From contig CAWVVV010000003.1 of NCBI GenBank assembly GCA_963933835.1, forward strand, positions 192,001 to 256,000: DNA of 64,000 nucleotides. The letters run 5' to 3'. How positions within the stretch are numbered: the stretch's first letter is position 1; each line of letters opens with the position of its first letter. Position numbers and translations under genes: made by a program. The notes under the pieces were generated by a model, which ran no database searches, had not been told where the DNA came from, and was given only the letters and a program-made list of their open reading frames with translations. Shown here piece by piece: positions 1 to 8,793 of this stretch. The DNA comes from an uncultured Puniceicoccaceae bacterium. GTDB taxonomy: Bacteria; Verrucomicrobiota; Verrucomicrobiia; Opitutales; Oceanipulchritudinaceae.

Positions 1-473
1 TCGACACCATTGCGCGGAAAGTCACCGAATCGGGTGGCAACTGGATGGAAAGCCGGATGATTGAGCTCGGCGGTCAGTTCGCAGGACTCGTGCAAGTCGA
101 GGTCCCTGCACACACCTTCGAAACAGTTTACAAGGACCTCAAAGACCTCGAGTTATCTGGCCTCAACCTCAGTCTGGTAGAAAGCAGCAGCACGCAGGCT
201 TCGGCGCCTGAGATGGTTGAAATTCGGTTAGAAATAGTGAGTCCCGACCGCGCCGGAATCTTGAGCGAGATCACATCGATCATCGCCAAACAAGGTGTGA
301 GTATCGAAGAACTGAATACAGAGCTGACGGCTGCGCCCTGGAGTGGCGAACTACTCTTTAAGGCGACCCTCAAGCTACGAGCCGCTAAAGACCAACCGAC
401 CGACCAACTCATCGACGCTCTGGAAGATGCCTCCGTCGGCATGATGCTAGATCTTTCTGTGTCCACCAGCTAG
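1..473 (+). CDS. ACT-domain protein, glycine cleavage repressor (GcvR-like), 5' partial
   Basis: Frame is open from the window start (DTIARKVTESGGNWMESRM..LGGQFAG). Second ACT domain DRAGILSEIT. Confidence 0.8.
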   Translation, partial: DTIARKVTESGGNWMESRMIELGGQFAGLVQVEVPAHTFETVYKDLKDLELSGLNLSLVESSSTQASAPEMVEIRLEIVSPDRAGILSEITSIIAKQGVSIEELNTELTAAPWSGELLFKATLKLRAAKDQPTDQLIDALEDASVGMMLDLSVSTS

Positions 474-500
474 TCACTAGAATCCTGTATAACGCGTTCC

Positions 501-905
501 TTGGAAACAACAGCCTACAGCACTCTATTCACGACCCGCGTATCAGATATCAACTACGGTGGTCATCTGGGAAATGATCGCGTCTTAAGTCTCTTTCACG
601 AGACCCGCGTGCGCTGGCTTTCCAAGCAAGGTTGGAGCGAAGCAGATATTGATGGCGTAGGCATCGTTCAGACCGAGGCTCACCTGAGGTATCGAGCCCA
701 AGCCTTTCTGGGGGACGAGCTTTCATGCAGCCTCGAGGTGACGGAACTGAAGAGTCGAGGATTCACCCTCCGTTACAAGCTGACACGAATCTCCGATCAT
801 GCGGTGATCGCAGATGGCTCTACCGTCCTACGATTCTTTGATTACAAGGCACAATCGATCGCATCGACGCCCCCTCGCTTCATTGAGGTCTTCGGGAACA
901 AATAA
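501..905 (+). CDS. Acyl-CoA thioesterase (4HBT hot-dog fold)
   Basis: RVSDINYGGHLGND motif, 134 aa. Confidence 0.85.
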   Translation: METTAYSTLFTTRVSDINYGGHLGNDRVLSLFHETRVRWLSKQGWSEADIDGVGIVQTEAHLRYRAQAFLGDELSCSLEVTELKSRGFTLRYKLTRISDHAVIADGSTVLRFFDYKAQSIASTPPRFIEVFGNK

Positions 906-934
906 GGCCGGCCAAGGAATTCCTTAGCCGACCT
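905..934 (-). terminator. Intrinsic terminator of the thioredoxin-family gene
   Basis: Minus strand aggtcggctaagg-aatt-ccttggccggcct forms a 13-bp stem with G-U pairs, followed by a T-rich tract, between convergent genes. Confidence 0.6.
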
Positions 935-957
935 GAAGTGAAAATACTAAAAGGTTT

Positions 958-1416
958 TTAGGTCTGCGATTCGTATTTCTTCAGACCTTCGATGTATTCG
1001 GCTGGGGAATCACCACCGTAGCCGACTTTCCGCTCAAGAACCTTTTCTCCGTCTGGAGAGACGACCAAGACGGTCGGAAATCCTTCGACCCCAAACTCAG
1101 CTGCGAGTTTCTCGTTATGCTTAACCTGTTCTTTCGACTGCGCTTTTCGACGAGGAAAATCTGCCTTCACGAGGACGTAATTCTCGTCGGTATACGCTGC
1201 GAATTCTTCGGAATCAAAGATGCTTTTTTCAAGTTTGATACAGAAGCCACACCAGTCTGAGCCGGTGAAGAGGAGGAGCATCGGCTTGCCTTCGCTTTCG
1301 GCCTTCGCCTGAGCTTCGGTGTAGCTTTCACTCCAAGTTGCTTCCGCAGCCGTAGAGCGTGTAAAAGGAATAACGGCTAAAGCGGCTATTAAGGTAAGAG
1401 ATAAAATTTGTTTCAT
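958..1416 (-). CDS. Exported thioredoxin-family protein (DsbH/SoxW-like)
   Basis: Signal peptide, FTGSDWCGFC CxxC motif, GFPT cis-Pro loop. Start moved to MKQILSL. Confidence 0.85.
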   Translation of the reverse strand: MKQILSLTLIAALAVIPFTRSTAAEATWSESYTEAQAKAESEGKPMLLLFTGSDWCGFCIKLEKSIFDSEEFAAYTDENYVLVKADFPRRKAQSKEQVKHNEKLAAEFGVEGFPTVLVVSPDGEKVLERKVGYGGDSPAEYIEGLKKYESQT

Positions 1417-1481
1417 AGTCGTTTGTTGAATTATAACAATAGTCGCCTTTATGAGCACAAGCAGGCTGACTTATTCCCTCT

Positions 1482-3218
1482 TCATTTCGCAACACTTTCA
1501 TGAGCAGCCGAAAGGCCAGGCAGCCAGATCCGCATTATTGTGCCGCTGCTCGAAGATTCTAGAAGCACAACATCGCCTTGGTGACTCTTCAATATGCGCT
1601 TAGCAATTGAGAGGCCCAATCCAGTGCCTTCCGCCTTACTACTTAAGAATGAATCAAAAATGCTCTCACTCAGTTCAGACGGAATCCCCGGACCACTGTC
1701 GACGACATCAACAATCGCGATGTCTACCCCATCGCGCAATTCACTCGTGAGCCTGAGGCAGATCGAGCCATCCTGACTAATCGCCTGCATGGCATTGAGC
1801 ACAAGATTCAAAAGCGCCTGCTGTAACTGCGCACGACTTGCATCGATCATGATTGGCTGAGACGGTTCTTCGACCACCAGATCAATCTTAACTTGCTCCA
1901 ATTTCAGACGCACAAGATGCGCTGTATCACGAACGACCACTCGAAAGTCATGGTGCATCTTCAGATCCTGGCGTGCGTTTCCAAAACTCAAGACCCGTGT
2001 AACGATTCCCTCGAGTTGATCTAGCTTCTCCCTAATAACCGAGGCGTCCTTCTGGCGAGGATCCTCGTCAGGAAAGTCCATTCCCATTGATTCGAAAAGA
2101 AGCCGAATGACGGTCAGTGGATTCCGGATCTCATGTGCTATCTCAGCTGACAGCATCCCAAGCGTCGTAAGTTTTTCACTACGCCTGAGGCTTTCTTCCG
2201 ACTGAAAGATTCGGTCATAAAGGCGCGCATTCTGAATCGCTATACCGCTTAGACCAGCAAGCGTTTCAAACACCCTACGCTCGTCGTTGCTAAATCGATA
2301 GGTGCGATCGGTATAGGCGTTCAGAACACCGATCACTTCCGACTCGTGAATGATCGGTGCACATAAAAGTGAGACGAGACCACAGGCGCTGACCAGCTCA
2401 ACAAAGTGATGTTCCTCCGTCTTAGCCAAATCCTGCACGACGATCGTTTTTTTCCGGCGAAGCGCTGTACCTAAGGCGCTATCTTCGAGCCGAAGAACCT
2501 CAGTGTAGCCTTCGACCTCTTTGGCTCCGGCAAGAGCGGCAAGACGCAGCTCATTACTGGCAGAATCAAAGAGAAAGAGTGCACAGGCCCGGCACTTCAT
2601 CAGTTCTAGCGTTTCGGTCGTAATACTGTGTAGAAGACTAGCGATGTCGCGTCGCTTGGCGATCGAGCGACCCGTATTCACAAGCGCCCTCAATTGGTCC
2701 GCCTGCTCTTGTAGCTTCTCGATCAGCCAAAGTTTACCCACAACCCGAGTCGCCTCATTTGTCAGTAAAACCAAAACCTTCAGATCGTGCTCATCGAAGG
2801 CGTTCAACACCTTACTATCGATATTGACCACCCCAACGACCTCACCGTTTTCACCCAACATCGGGACAGCCATCTCAGATCGAACATCAGGGTGCACTGT
2901 GACATACCGGGCATCTTCGCGCACGTCGGGAACAATCAATGGCCGCCCGTGAAGAGCTACCCAGCCGGTGACACCTTCACCTAGGCGAAGCTGCATCTGC
3001 TTAGAGTGCGCAGGCAACCCTCGGAGGACTTCAATGACAAGGCGCTGCGTATCCGAACTAATTAACTCTATCGAGGCTATCGAATCAGGGAAAAACTGAA
3101 CCAGTTCATCGACAATAATCTCCAGCGCGTCGCGGGCATCTGCGACGTCATTGACCAGACTACTGATGCGATACAGCGCATCGACGATCGAGTGGTCAGT
3201 CGGGGGTTGGCGTTCCAT
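1482..3218 (-). CDS. Cytoplasmic GAF-GAF sensor histidine kinase
   Basis: Two GAF domains, H-box AHEIRNPL, N-box NLVLNA, G-boxes DSGPG and GTGLGL. Confidence 0.9.
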   Translation of the reverse strand: MERQPPTDHSIVDALYRISSLVNDVADARDALEIIVDELVQFFPDSIASIELISSDTQRLVIEVLRGLPAHSKQMQLRLGEGVTGWVALHGRPLIVPDVREDARYVTVHPDVRSEMAVPMLGENGEVVGVVNIDSKVLNAFDEHDLKVLVLLTNEATRVVGKLWLIEKLQEQADQLRALVNTGRSIAKRRDIASLLHSITTETLELMKCRACALFLFDSASNELRLAALAGAKEVEGYTEVLRLEDSALGTALRRKKTIVVQDLAKTEEHHFVELVSACGLVSLLCAPIIHESEVIGVLNAYTDRTYRFSNDERRVFETLAGLSGIAIQNARLYDRIFQSEESLRRSEKLTTLGMLSAEIAHEIRNPLTVIRLLFESMGMDFPDEDPRQKDASVIREKLDQLEGIVTRVLSFGNARQDLKMHHDFRVVVRDTAHLVRLKLEQVKIDLVVEEPSQPIMIDASRAQLQQALLNLVLNAMQAISQDGSICLRLTSELRDGVDIAIVDVVDSGPGIPSELSESIFDSFLSSKAEGTGLGLSIAKRILKSHQGDVVLLESSSSGTIMRIWLPGLSAAHESVAK

Positions 3219-3296
3219 AAAGGGGATTAAACAGACTTGAAAAGCCCACAGGTCTCAAGCCAAGAATCTGGCCGACCCCTCTCCGAGGTCGAACAC

Positions 3297-6101
3297 CTAG
3301 GCGCTCTCTTCTTCCTGTGAAGCCGTCTCAACGACCTCTGAGAGCTGACGGCGCAGATCAAGGAGATCCATCGTGCTACTGTCTTTAGAGCGGTCAATCG
3401 GCTCGATATAGAACGTATCCACTGCGACATTACGTTCCGTCGCGATCCGCGCAAAGGTGATATCAAAGCCAGCCCCATAGATCGTCCGCGCAAGCCTGTA
3501 GAGAAGACCGATCTGATCAGTCGCCTGAAGCTCGACGATCGTGCGGCGCAGCGAAAGCTCATGGTAAACATCGACGCCAAAAGGAAGCGGAGCCCGGAGA
3601 CGCTCCTCTGTTCTGAGATAGGCGGACTTCTTCAGTTTCGCCTCTTGCAACTCGATGGCTGGCAGTAGGTCGCGATTATGAAGGAGGACGTCCGAGATCG
3701 CTTTACTAAAAACCGCCTTAACCGCTGGGTCTCGAACAATCTGACCATCCGATCCACTGATATAGAATGTATCGATCGTAATATGGTCGGCTCGCGTCAA
3801 TGCGCGGGAACTCACGATACTTAAGCCAGCGACTCCAAACGCACCAGCCAACTTACAAAAGAGGCCTGCTCGATCCCATGTCACGACGTGCACAACCATC
3901 AGCCCTAAGTCGACATCCTCCCGCCATTCAACAACCGGTTCGAGAGAGCCCAGAGAGGCTGACTCAGCGATCGTTTCCAAGAGCTGATGAACCATGCGCA
4001 GGTGAAGGGCGACTTCCTCTGCACTTGAATAAACAAAGTATCTCTCGGGCAAAAGATTGAAGTGAGCTTCAATCTCGTCAGCTGAAATCCCAGGCACAAA
4101 AGCAGTTATTTCGTCCTTCGAAATCATCTCGTAATGGACTCTGGCAGTTTCACCCATGGCATCCAATGTGGAGCGGTAGAGCTGGGTGTGAAGAGAGTCC
4201 TTATAACTGTTCCAAATATCAACTGAAGTGCCCTGGGCATCGCAGTATGTGAGGACGAAGAGGTAGCGTAATTGATCCACGTCGTCGACCCATGAGGCGA
4301 ATTTTCGTATCGTTCGGGCTTCATCTATGTCGTAGTGCTGCCAGAACCGTGCCATCTCTAGGTGGCCGCGAATAAGAAATAGAATTCGGGACCTCACGGA
4401 CTCGGCCACTTGAAGCCTCTTGAGGATGTCTTTCGCAAGCTCAGCGCCGACCTCAGCATGCCCTTTGATCCCACGACCCTTACCAATGTCGTGAAGCAAA
4501 AGAACGAGATAGAGGAGCCCCGGCAGGTCGGTTCGCTCGATCGCTTCTCGGTAATTTTGGGTCACCAGTGCGTTGTCACCTCGAAAAATAGCATCGAGCT
4601 GGTCAATTGTAGCCAGGGTGTGCTCGTCTGCCGTGTAACGGTGATAAAACTCATGCTGAACAAGACATTCTAGTTCAGCCCATTCAGGCAAAAAACGCCC
4701 AAGAACACCCGTGCGGTGCATCGCCCGGAGCGTATCCGATACTTCACCCCTCGTCTGGAGGATCGACCGAAAGGCCTTGTTTGCTTCTGGCGCGTGCCTC
4801 AGGTCTTCGTCAATGAGGTCGAGTCCTTCGGTTACGAGCTTCGTCAGTTCGAGACTGAACCTACACCGCAGTTTTTGGCGAATGCGGAAGACACGGATAA
4901 GACGAATCGGATTCTCTCGGAAGACCATTGGGTTGTCCGCTACGAGACCGGTGGGCCCTAGTTCGAAGACATCGATCCGGGGAGCACGAGACCCTCGGCG
5001 CAATGAATCAACCACGGCCGAAAAAGTAACCTTTGATTGGGAGTCATTAAACAGCCTTTGCTCCAGGATATGGGACGTTTCGTAGATTGTTTTCGCGGCC
5101 TTGTAATACTCCCGCATGAACTGCTCAACCCGACGAAAGATATCGTCGTCCGACCAACCTAGGCCCTCCGCAATCTGAGGTTGTTTTTCAAGGTTAAGCA
5201 GGTCGGTAGCGCGAGTGCTCGAAAAGTGGAGCTCATTTCGAACCCGTAAGAGAAAGTCATACGCTCCCACAAATCCCGCATACTCAACCTCGTCGATGAG
5301 CTTTTCCGTACGGAGCGGGTCGAAATCCTCGCGGTTCAGTTTAAGGCGAACAATCCAGACGATATTCTGATAGTCACGAAGCCCACCAACACCGTTCTTA
5401 ATATCAGGCTCCTGCAAAAATACCGTGTTACTGAATCGACTGCGACGAGCCTTCTGATCGTTCAAACGCTCCTCGATGTAGGCCGATAAATTCTCTTTGC
5501 GAATATGGGTTGAGAAGGCGCTGCGAAAGTGTTTAGCCAACGCAGCGTCACCCGTCACAAGGCGCGATTCAAGCATCGCATTTTTACTCTGCACCTCGAC
5601 GACGGCTTCAGCCACAGCCTCTTTGGGATTCCTCGTACTATGACCAACCTTCAAGCCAAGATCCCAAAGGATGTATAGGATGCCATCGTTAAAAAAAGCC
5701 TGCTGAGATTTAAAGTCCGAAGCCCGCGCCTTGTCTGGATAGACAAACATCAGGTCGATGTCACTAAAGGGGCACAACTCACTGCGACCATACCCGCCAA
5801 GACCTAACATCGCCATCGGTGTATTGACCGAAGTGTGCGTTTGCTTCCAGCGACTTTCGACACGCTTATGCAGTTCCTGAATGAGCACATCCATGCCGCT
5901 TGAAAGGATACGACAAACCGCTAGCCCACCGAGACCTTCACGGTGGTTAGCCTGTGCTAGATTTCGGCCAAATTCGAGAAACTCGCGAAAACGCGGCAGC
6001 GCTTCAGCGTTATCGGGCGCAGGATCGGAAAGCTCCAAGCGCTGGGCTTCCTCTTTTAAAACGGACAACAAGTCCGCATCACTGGTTGCATTCTGATCCA
6101 C
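3297..6101 (-). CDS. glnD: [Protein-PII] uridylyltransferase/uridylyl-removing enzyme
   Basis: GGYGR..SDIDL NTase motif, EPDIKNGVGGLRD, HD domain LLHDIGK, two C-terminal ACT domains, 934 aa. Confidence 0.95.
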   Translation of the reverse strand: MDQNATSDADLLSVLKEEAQRLELSDPAPDNAEALPRFREFLEFGRNLAQANHREGLGGLAVCRILSSGMDVLIQELHKRVESRWKQTHTSVNTPMAMLGLGGYGRSELCPFSDIDLMFVYPDKARASDFKSQQAFFNDGILYILWDLGLKVGHSTRNPKEAVAEAVVEVQSKNAMLESRLVTGDAALAKHFRSAFSTHIRKENLSAYIEERLNDQKARRSRFSNTVFLQEPDIKNGVGGLRDYQNIVWIVRLKLNREDFDPLRTEKLIDEVEYAGFVGAYDFLLRVRNELHFSSTRATDLLNLEKQPQIAEGLGWSDDDIFRRVEQFMREYYKAAKTIYETSHILEQRLFNDSQSKVTFSAVVDSLRRGSRAPRIDVFELGPTGLVADNPMVFRENPIRLIRVFRIRQKLRCRFSLELTKLVTEGLDLIDEDLRHAPEANKAFRSILQTRGEVSDTLRAMHRTGVLGRFLPEWAELECLVQHEFYHRYTADEHTLATIDQLDAIFRGDNALVTQNYREAIERTDLPGLLYLVLLLHDIGKGRGIKGHAEVGAELAKDILKRLQVAESVRSRILFLIRGHLEMARFWQHYDIDEARTIRKFASWVDDVDQLRYLFVLTYCDAQGTSVDIWNSYKDSLHTQLYRSTLDAMGETARVHYEMISKDEITAFVPGISADEIEAHFNLLPERYFVYSSAEEVALHLRMVHQLLETIAESASLGSLEPVVEWREDVDLGLMVVHVVTWDRAGLFCKLAGAFGVAGLSIVSSRALTRADHITIDTFYISGSDGQIVRDPAVKAVFSKAISDVLLHNRDLLPAIELQEAKLKKSAYLRTEERLRAPLPFGVDVYHELSLRRTIVELQATDQIGLLYRLARTIYGAGFDITFARIATERNVAVDTFYIEPIDRSKDSSTMDLLDLRRQLSEVVETASQEEESA

Positions 6102-6240
6102 TTCGGCGACTCTGCGGACGGATCGGTCAAAAGCAAGCGTGGCTCTGGTAGAAATGGGGTAAAACCTTACTCATAGTTAAGCACTCCTTGGCCAAATATT
6201 ATTGAGACGTCGAGACGGCTTCAAATATCCAGAGGTGCCC

Positions 6241-6891
6241 TTAAGAAGCGCTTTTCTCTGCATGCAAAAAATGGGCCCAAGAGGCATCTGTGCGCGAGCC
6301 AGCGGCAACGGCAACAAAGGGGCGCCAGCGTGGCCTTTCAGGCTTACGAATAAGGCGTAACCCAGCCTCATGTGGCAGGCGATTACCTTTACGGGAATTG
6401 ATCTCGCGCGAGCACGCTACGATGTTTTCCCACGAGGTGCGCCCTCCACGATCACGCGGGATGACATGGTCGAGGGTCAGATCTTTCATGCGGCAGGGTT
6501 TACCACTGTATTGGCATACGAAGCCGTCGCGCTCAAAAACGTTATGACGATTGAATTTCACCTCGGCGACCGGGAGACGGTCGTAGTCGTGGAGCAGTAA
6601 AATCTTCGGCAGGAGGATGTTGAGCCGGATCGTTCGCACATATTCGCCGTCCTGAGGAGGTTCGCTGCTGTTCATCGAATACTCGACCCACTCGCCCGCG
6701 CTCATGGGGAGAAAGTCGCCGTCAAAGGTATTGATCACTCGTGCATGCTCCTGCCAGAGGAGGCTGAAAGCACGTCGCACACCAATGATGTTCACCGCTT
6801 GCCAGTTGCGGTTGAGCACAAGCACCCTGCGAAAGGGCACGTCGACAGAGCTTTCTACAAAAGGGTCCTTCTCATCCAGCGTCTCGATCAT
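6241..6891 (-). CDS. HNH endonuclease (McrA/HNH_5-like)
   Basis: VLVLN..., VFERD..CQY, TLDHVIP..RGG..WEN...N.RKGNR. Confidence 0.9.
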   Translation of the reverse strand: MIETLDEKDPFVESSVDVPFRRVLVLNRNWQAVNIIGVRRAFSLLWQEHARVINTFDGDFLPMSAGEWVEYSMNSSEPPQDGEYVRTIRLNILLPKILLLHDYDRLPVAEVKFNRHNVFERDGFVCQYSGKPCRMKDLTLDHVIPRDRGGRTSWENIVACSREINSRKGNRLPHEAGLRLIRKPERPRWRPFVAVAAGSRTDASWAHFLHAEKSAS

Positions 6892-6986
6892 CGTCGGGAC
6901 TCATCATGTTTTCTATCCCACCTGCCCTGTCAACCGAAGAGTAGGCAACCGCCTCGGTCTCATGCCATGTCTACGGACTGTTGGTT

Positions 6987-7015
6987 ATCCGCAGATTGCT
7001 CAGATTTCCGCAGAT
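6987..7015. repeat. Left inverted repeat of the GxxExxY cassette (3 CAGAT boxes)
   Basis: atccgcagattgctcagatttccgcagat; 24/29 identical to the reverse complement of 7385-7413. Confidence 0.85.
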
Positions 7016-7384
7016 GATTTTTGGAGAGGATCAGACGCTTGTATTCGAGCGAGGTGGCTCCGAAATTTATTAGAAGGGCTTTCTCCAAGCCGGATGCCTT
7101 GAGGTAGTTGATGACTTGGGCTTCCTCCGTGCCTGAGAGGTTTTTAAGGGCCTTTAGTTCGACGATGATCGATCCGTAGCAGACAAAGTCGGCACGATAC
7201 GACGTATTGAGCGCAACTTCGCGGTAGAGGATCGGGAGCGAACGCTCCCGTTCGTAAGGAATACCTCGCGCAACAAGCTCCCGCTCCAATGCCTCCTGAT
7301 AAACCGGCTCAAGAAAACCGTGCCCCAGGTATGAACGGCCATCGCTGCGCCGATAAGGGCGTAGGTATCCGGGTCTCTCTGTAA

Positions 7385-7413
7385 ATCTGCGTTCATCTGC
7401 GAAATCTGCGGAT
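7385..7413. repeat. Right inverted repeat of the GxxExxY cassette (3 ATCTG boxes)
   Basis: atctgcgttcatctgcgaaatctgcggat; box spacing 10/9 mirrors the 9/10 spacing of the left copy. Confidence 0.85.
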
Positions 7414-7664
7414 CATACACCCTGTTGATTGTGGATTATCTGCAGAGCCTTGTCGGATTCCTTCCACCCGAGGAGGGTTTCGGCGATGCGGTCGGGGGCA
7501 TTCGATTTTCGCATAGTGGAAGACCTTGGTCTAATCCACGTTTAGAACTAAAATCAAAAACCTGACGAGCGATAAAATATATCACTCCGTTTTAAAGGCC
7601 ATACCCGAAGACAGATTTGGCAAAGCGCCGTCATACTAGTTCACGCTTGGAGACCTTAGCGTTC

Positions 7665-8744
7665 CTACCCGACGACCTCAACCAAACCACTACCCTTCGT
7701 GATTTCGCCGATATCCCATGCGCGATGCTTGAAGGTTGCTGCCTTTTTGATCACGCCATCCACCGCATCCGGCGACACTACGAGCACCATTCCGACACCC
7801 ATGTTAAAGACTTCGTAGAGTTCCTGAAAGTCGACTTCACCCGTATTCGCCATCGCTTGAAAGACAGTCAGCGGCTTCCACTTTCGTGTATCCACAATTG
7901 CATCAACCTTATCATTGAGGACACGGGAAAGATTTCCCTTAAAACCTCCACCGGTGATGTGAGCAGCAGCGAAAAGTTGATTCCCCTTCCGCATCCCAGC
8001 GTTTGCAGCCTTGTTCATGCCCTTGAGGGCGGCCTGTAGAAAAGGGGCGTAATTCACATGTGGCTTTAGCAGCGCCGAAGCAACTGTGCCACGAGCGCCC
8101 GGCAATGCATCTGCGGGAGACAAGCTCATGTGATCGAAGTAGAGTTTCCGCGCTAGCGAGAAGCCGTTTGTGTGCAAGCCACTCGACTGCAAACCAATGA
8201 GCCGGTCCCCTGCTTTGATCGGCTTTCCAGTGAGCAATTTTGATTTATCGACGACACCAACGATGGTGCCAACGAGATCGAATTCGTTTTCCACATAGAC
8301 ACCGGGCAGCTCCGCAGTCTCCCCACCAACGAGGGCGATATTACCAGCCTCGCAAGCGCCTGCCAGTCCGCGCAAAAGCGCCAAATAAGCACGTTCCTCG
8401 AGCTCGCCCGTGGCGTAGTAGTCTAGGAAATACAAAGGCTCGGCTCCGCACACTGCGACATCGTTTGCGCAATGGTTCACAATATCAGCTCCAAGGAAGC
8501 GATACTCACCAGCGAGTGAGGCGGCCTTCACCTTTGTCCCAACGCTATCCGTACTACTCACCAACACTGGATGCTTCAAACGTCGAGCCAGCTTAGAAAT
8601 ATCGAAGAGACCTCCAAAGCCACCAATGCCGCCGAGTGATTCAGGGCGCGTCGCGCGCTTAAGGGCGGGCTTTACTTTATCGAGAAGGCGGTCTGCCAGA
8701 GCAATATCAACTCCAGCCTGCGCATACGCTTTAGATTTTTTCAT
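7665..8744 (-). CDS. purM: Phosphoribosylformylglycinamidine cyclo-ligase
   Basis: YAQAGVDI, GGFGGLF, TDSVGTK, GGETAELPG, SSGLHTNGFS, HITGGG, FNMGVG. Confidence 0.97.
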   Translation of the reverse strand: MKKSKAYAQAGVDIALADRLLDKVKPALKRATRPESLGGIGGFGGLFDISKLARRLKHPVLVSSTDSVGTKVKAASLAGEYRFLGADIVNHCANDVAVCGAEPLYFLDYYATGELEERAYLALLRGLAGACEAGNIALVGGETAELPGVYVENEFDLVGTIVGVVDKSKLLTGKPIKAGDRLIGLQSSGLHTNGFSLARKLYFDHMSLSPADALPGARGTVASALLKPHVNYAPFLQAALKGMNKAANAGMRKGNQLFAAAHITGGGFKGNLSRVLNDKVDAIVDTRKWKPLTVFQAMANTGEVDFQELYEVFNMGVGMVLVVSPDAVDGVIKKAATFKHRAWDIGEITKGSGLVEVVG

Positions 8745-8793
8745 CTGAAATAGACTCTACGAGATAGTTCGGTGATTTCGTAGTGGTTTTTCG

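Larger units (their letters stand above)
6960..7420 (-). pseudogene. GxxExxY protein (PD-(D/E)XK-like), frameshifted near 7329-7330
   Basis: TYALIGAAMAVH in one frame continues as LGHGFLEPVYQEALE..YRADF..IVELKA..QVINYLKA..INFG in another; only 2 nt lie between the CAT and CTG codons. Confidence 0.88.

Noticed and set aside
7413..7514. 33-aa minus-strand ORF overlapping the GxxExxY start
   Set aside because: Too short and without motifs; cannot be supported.
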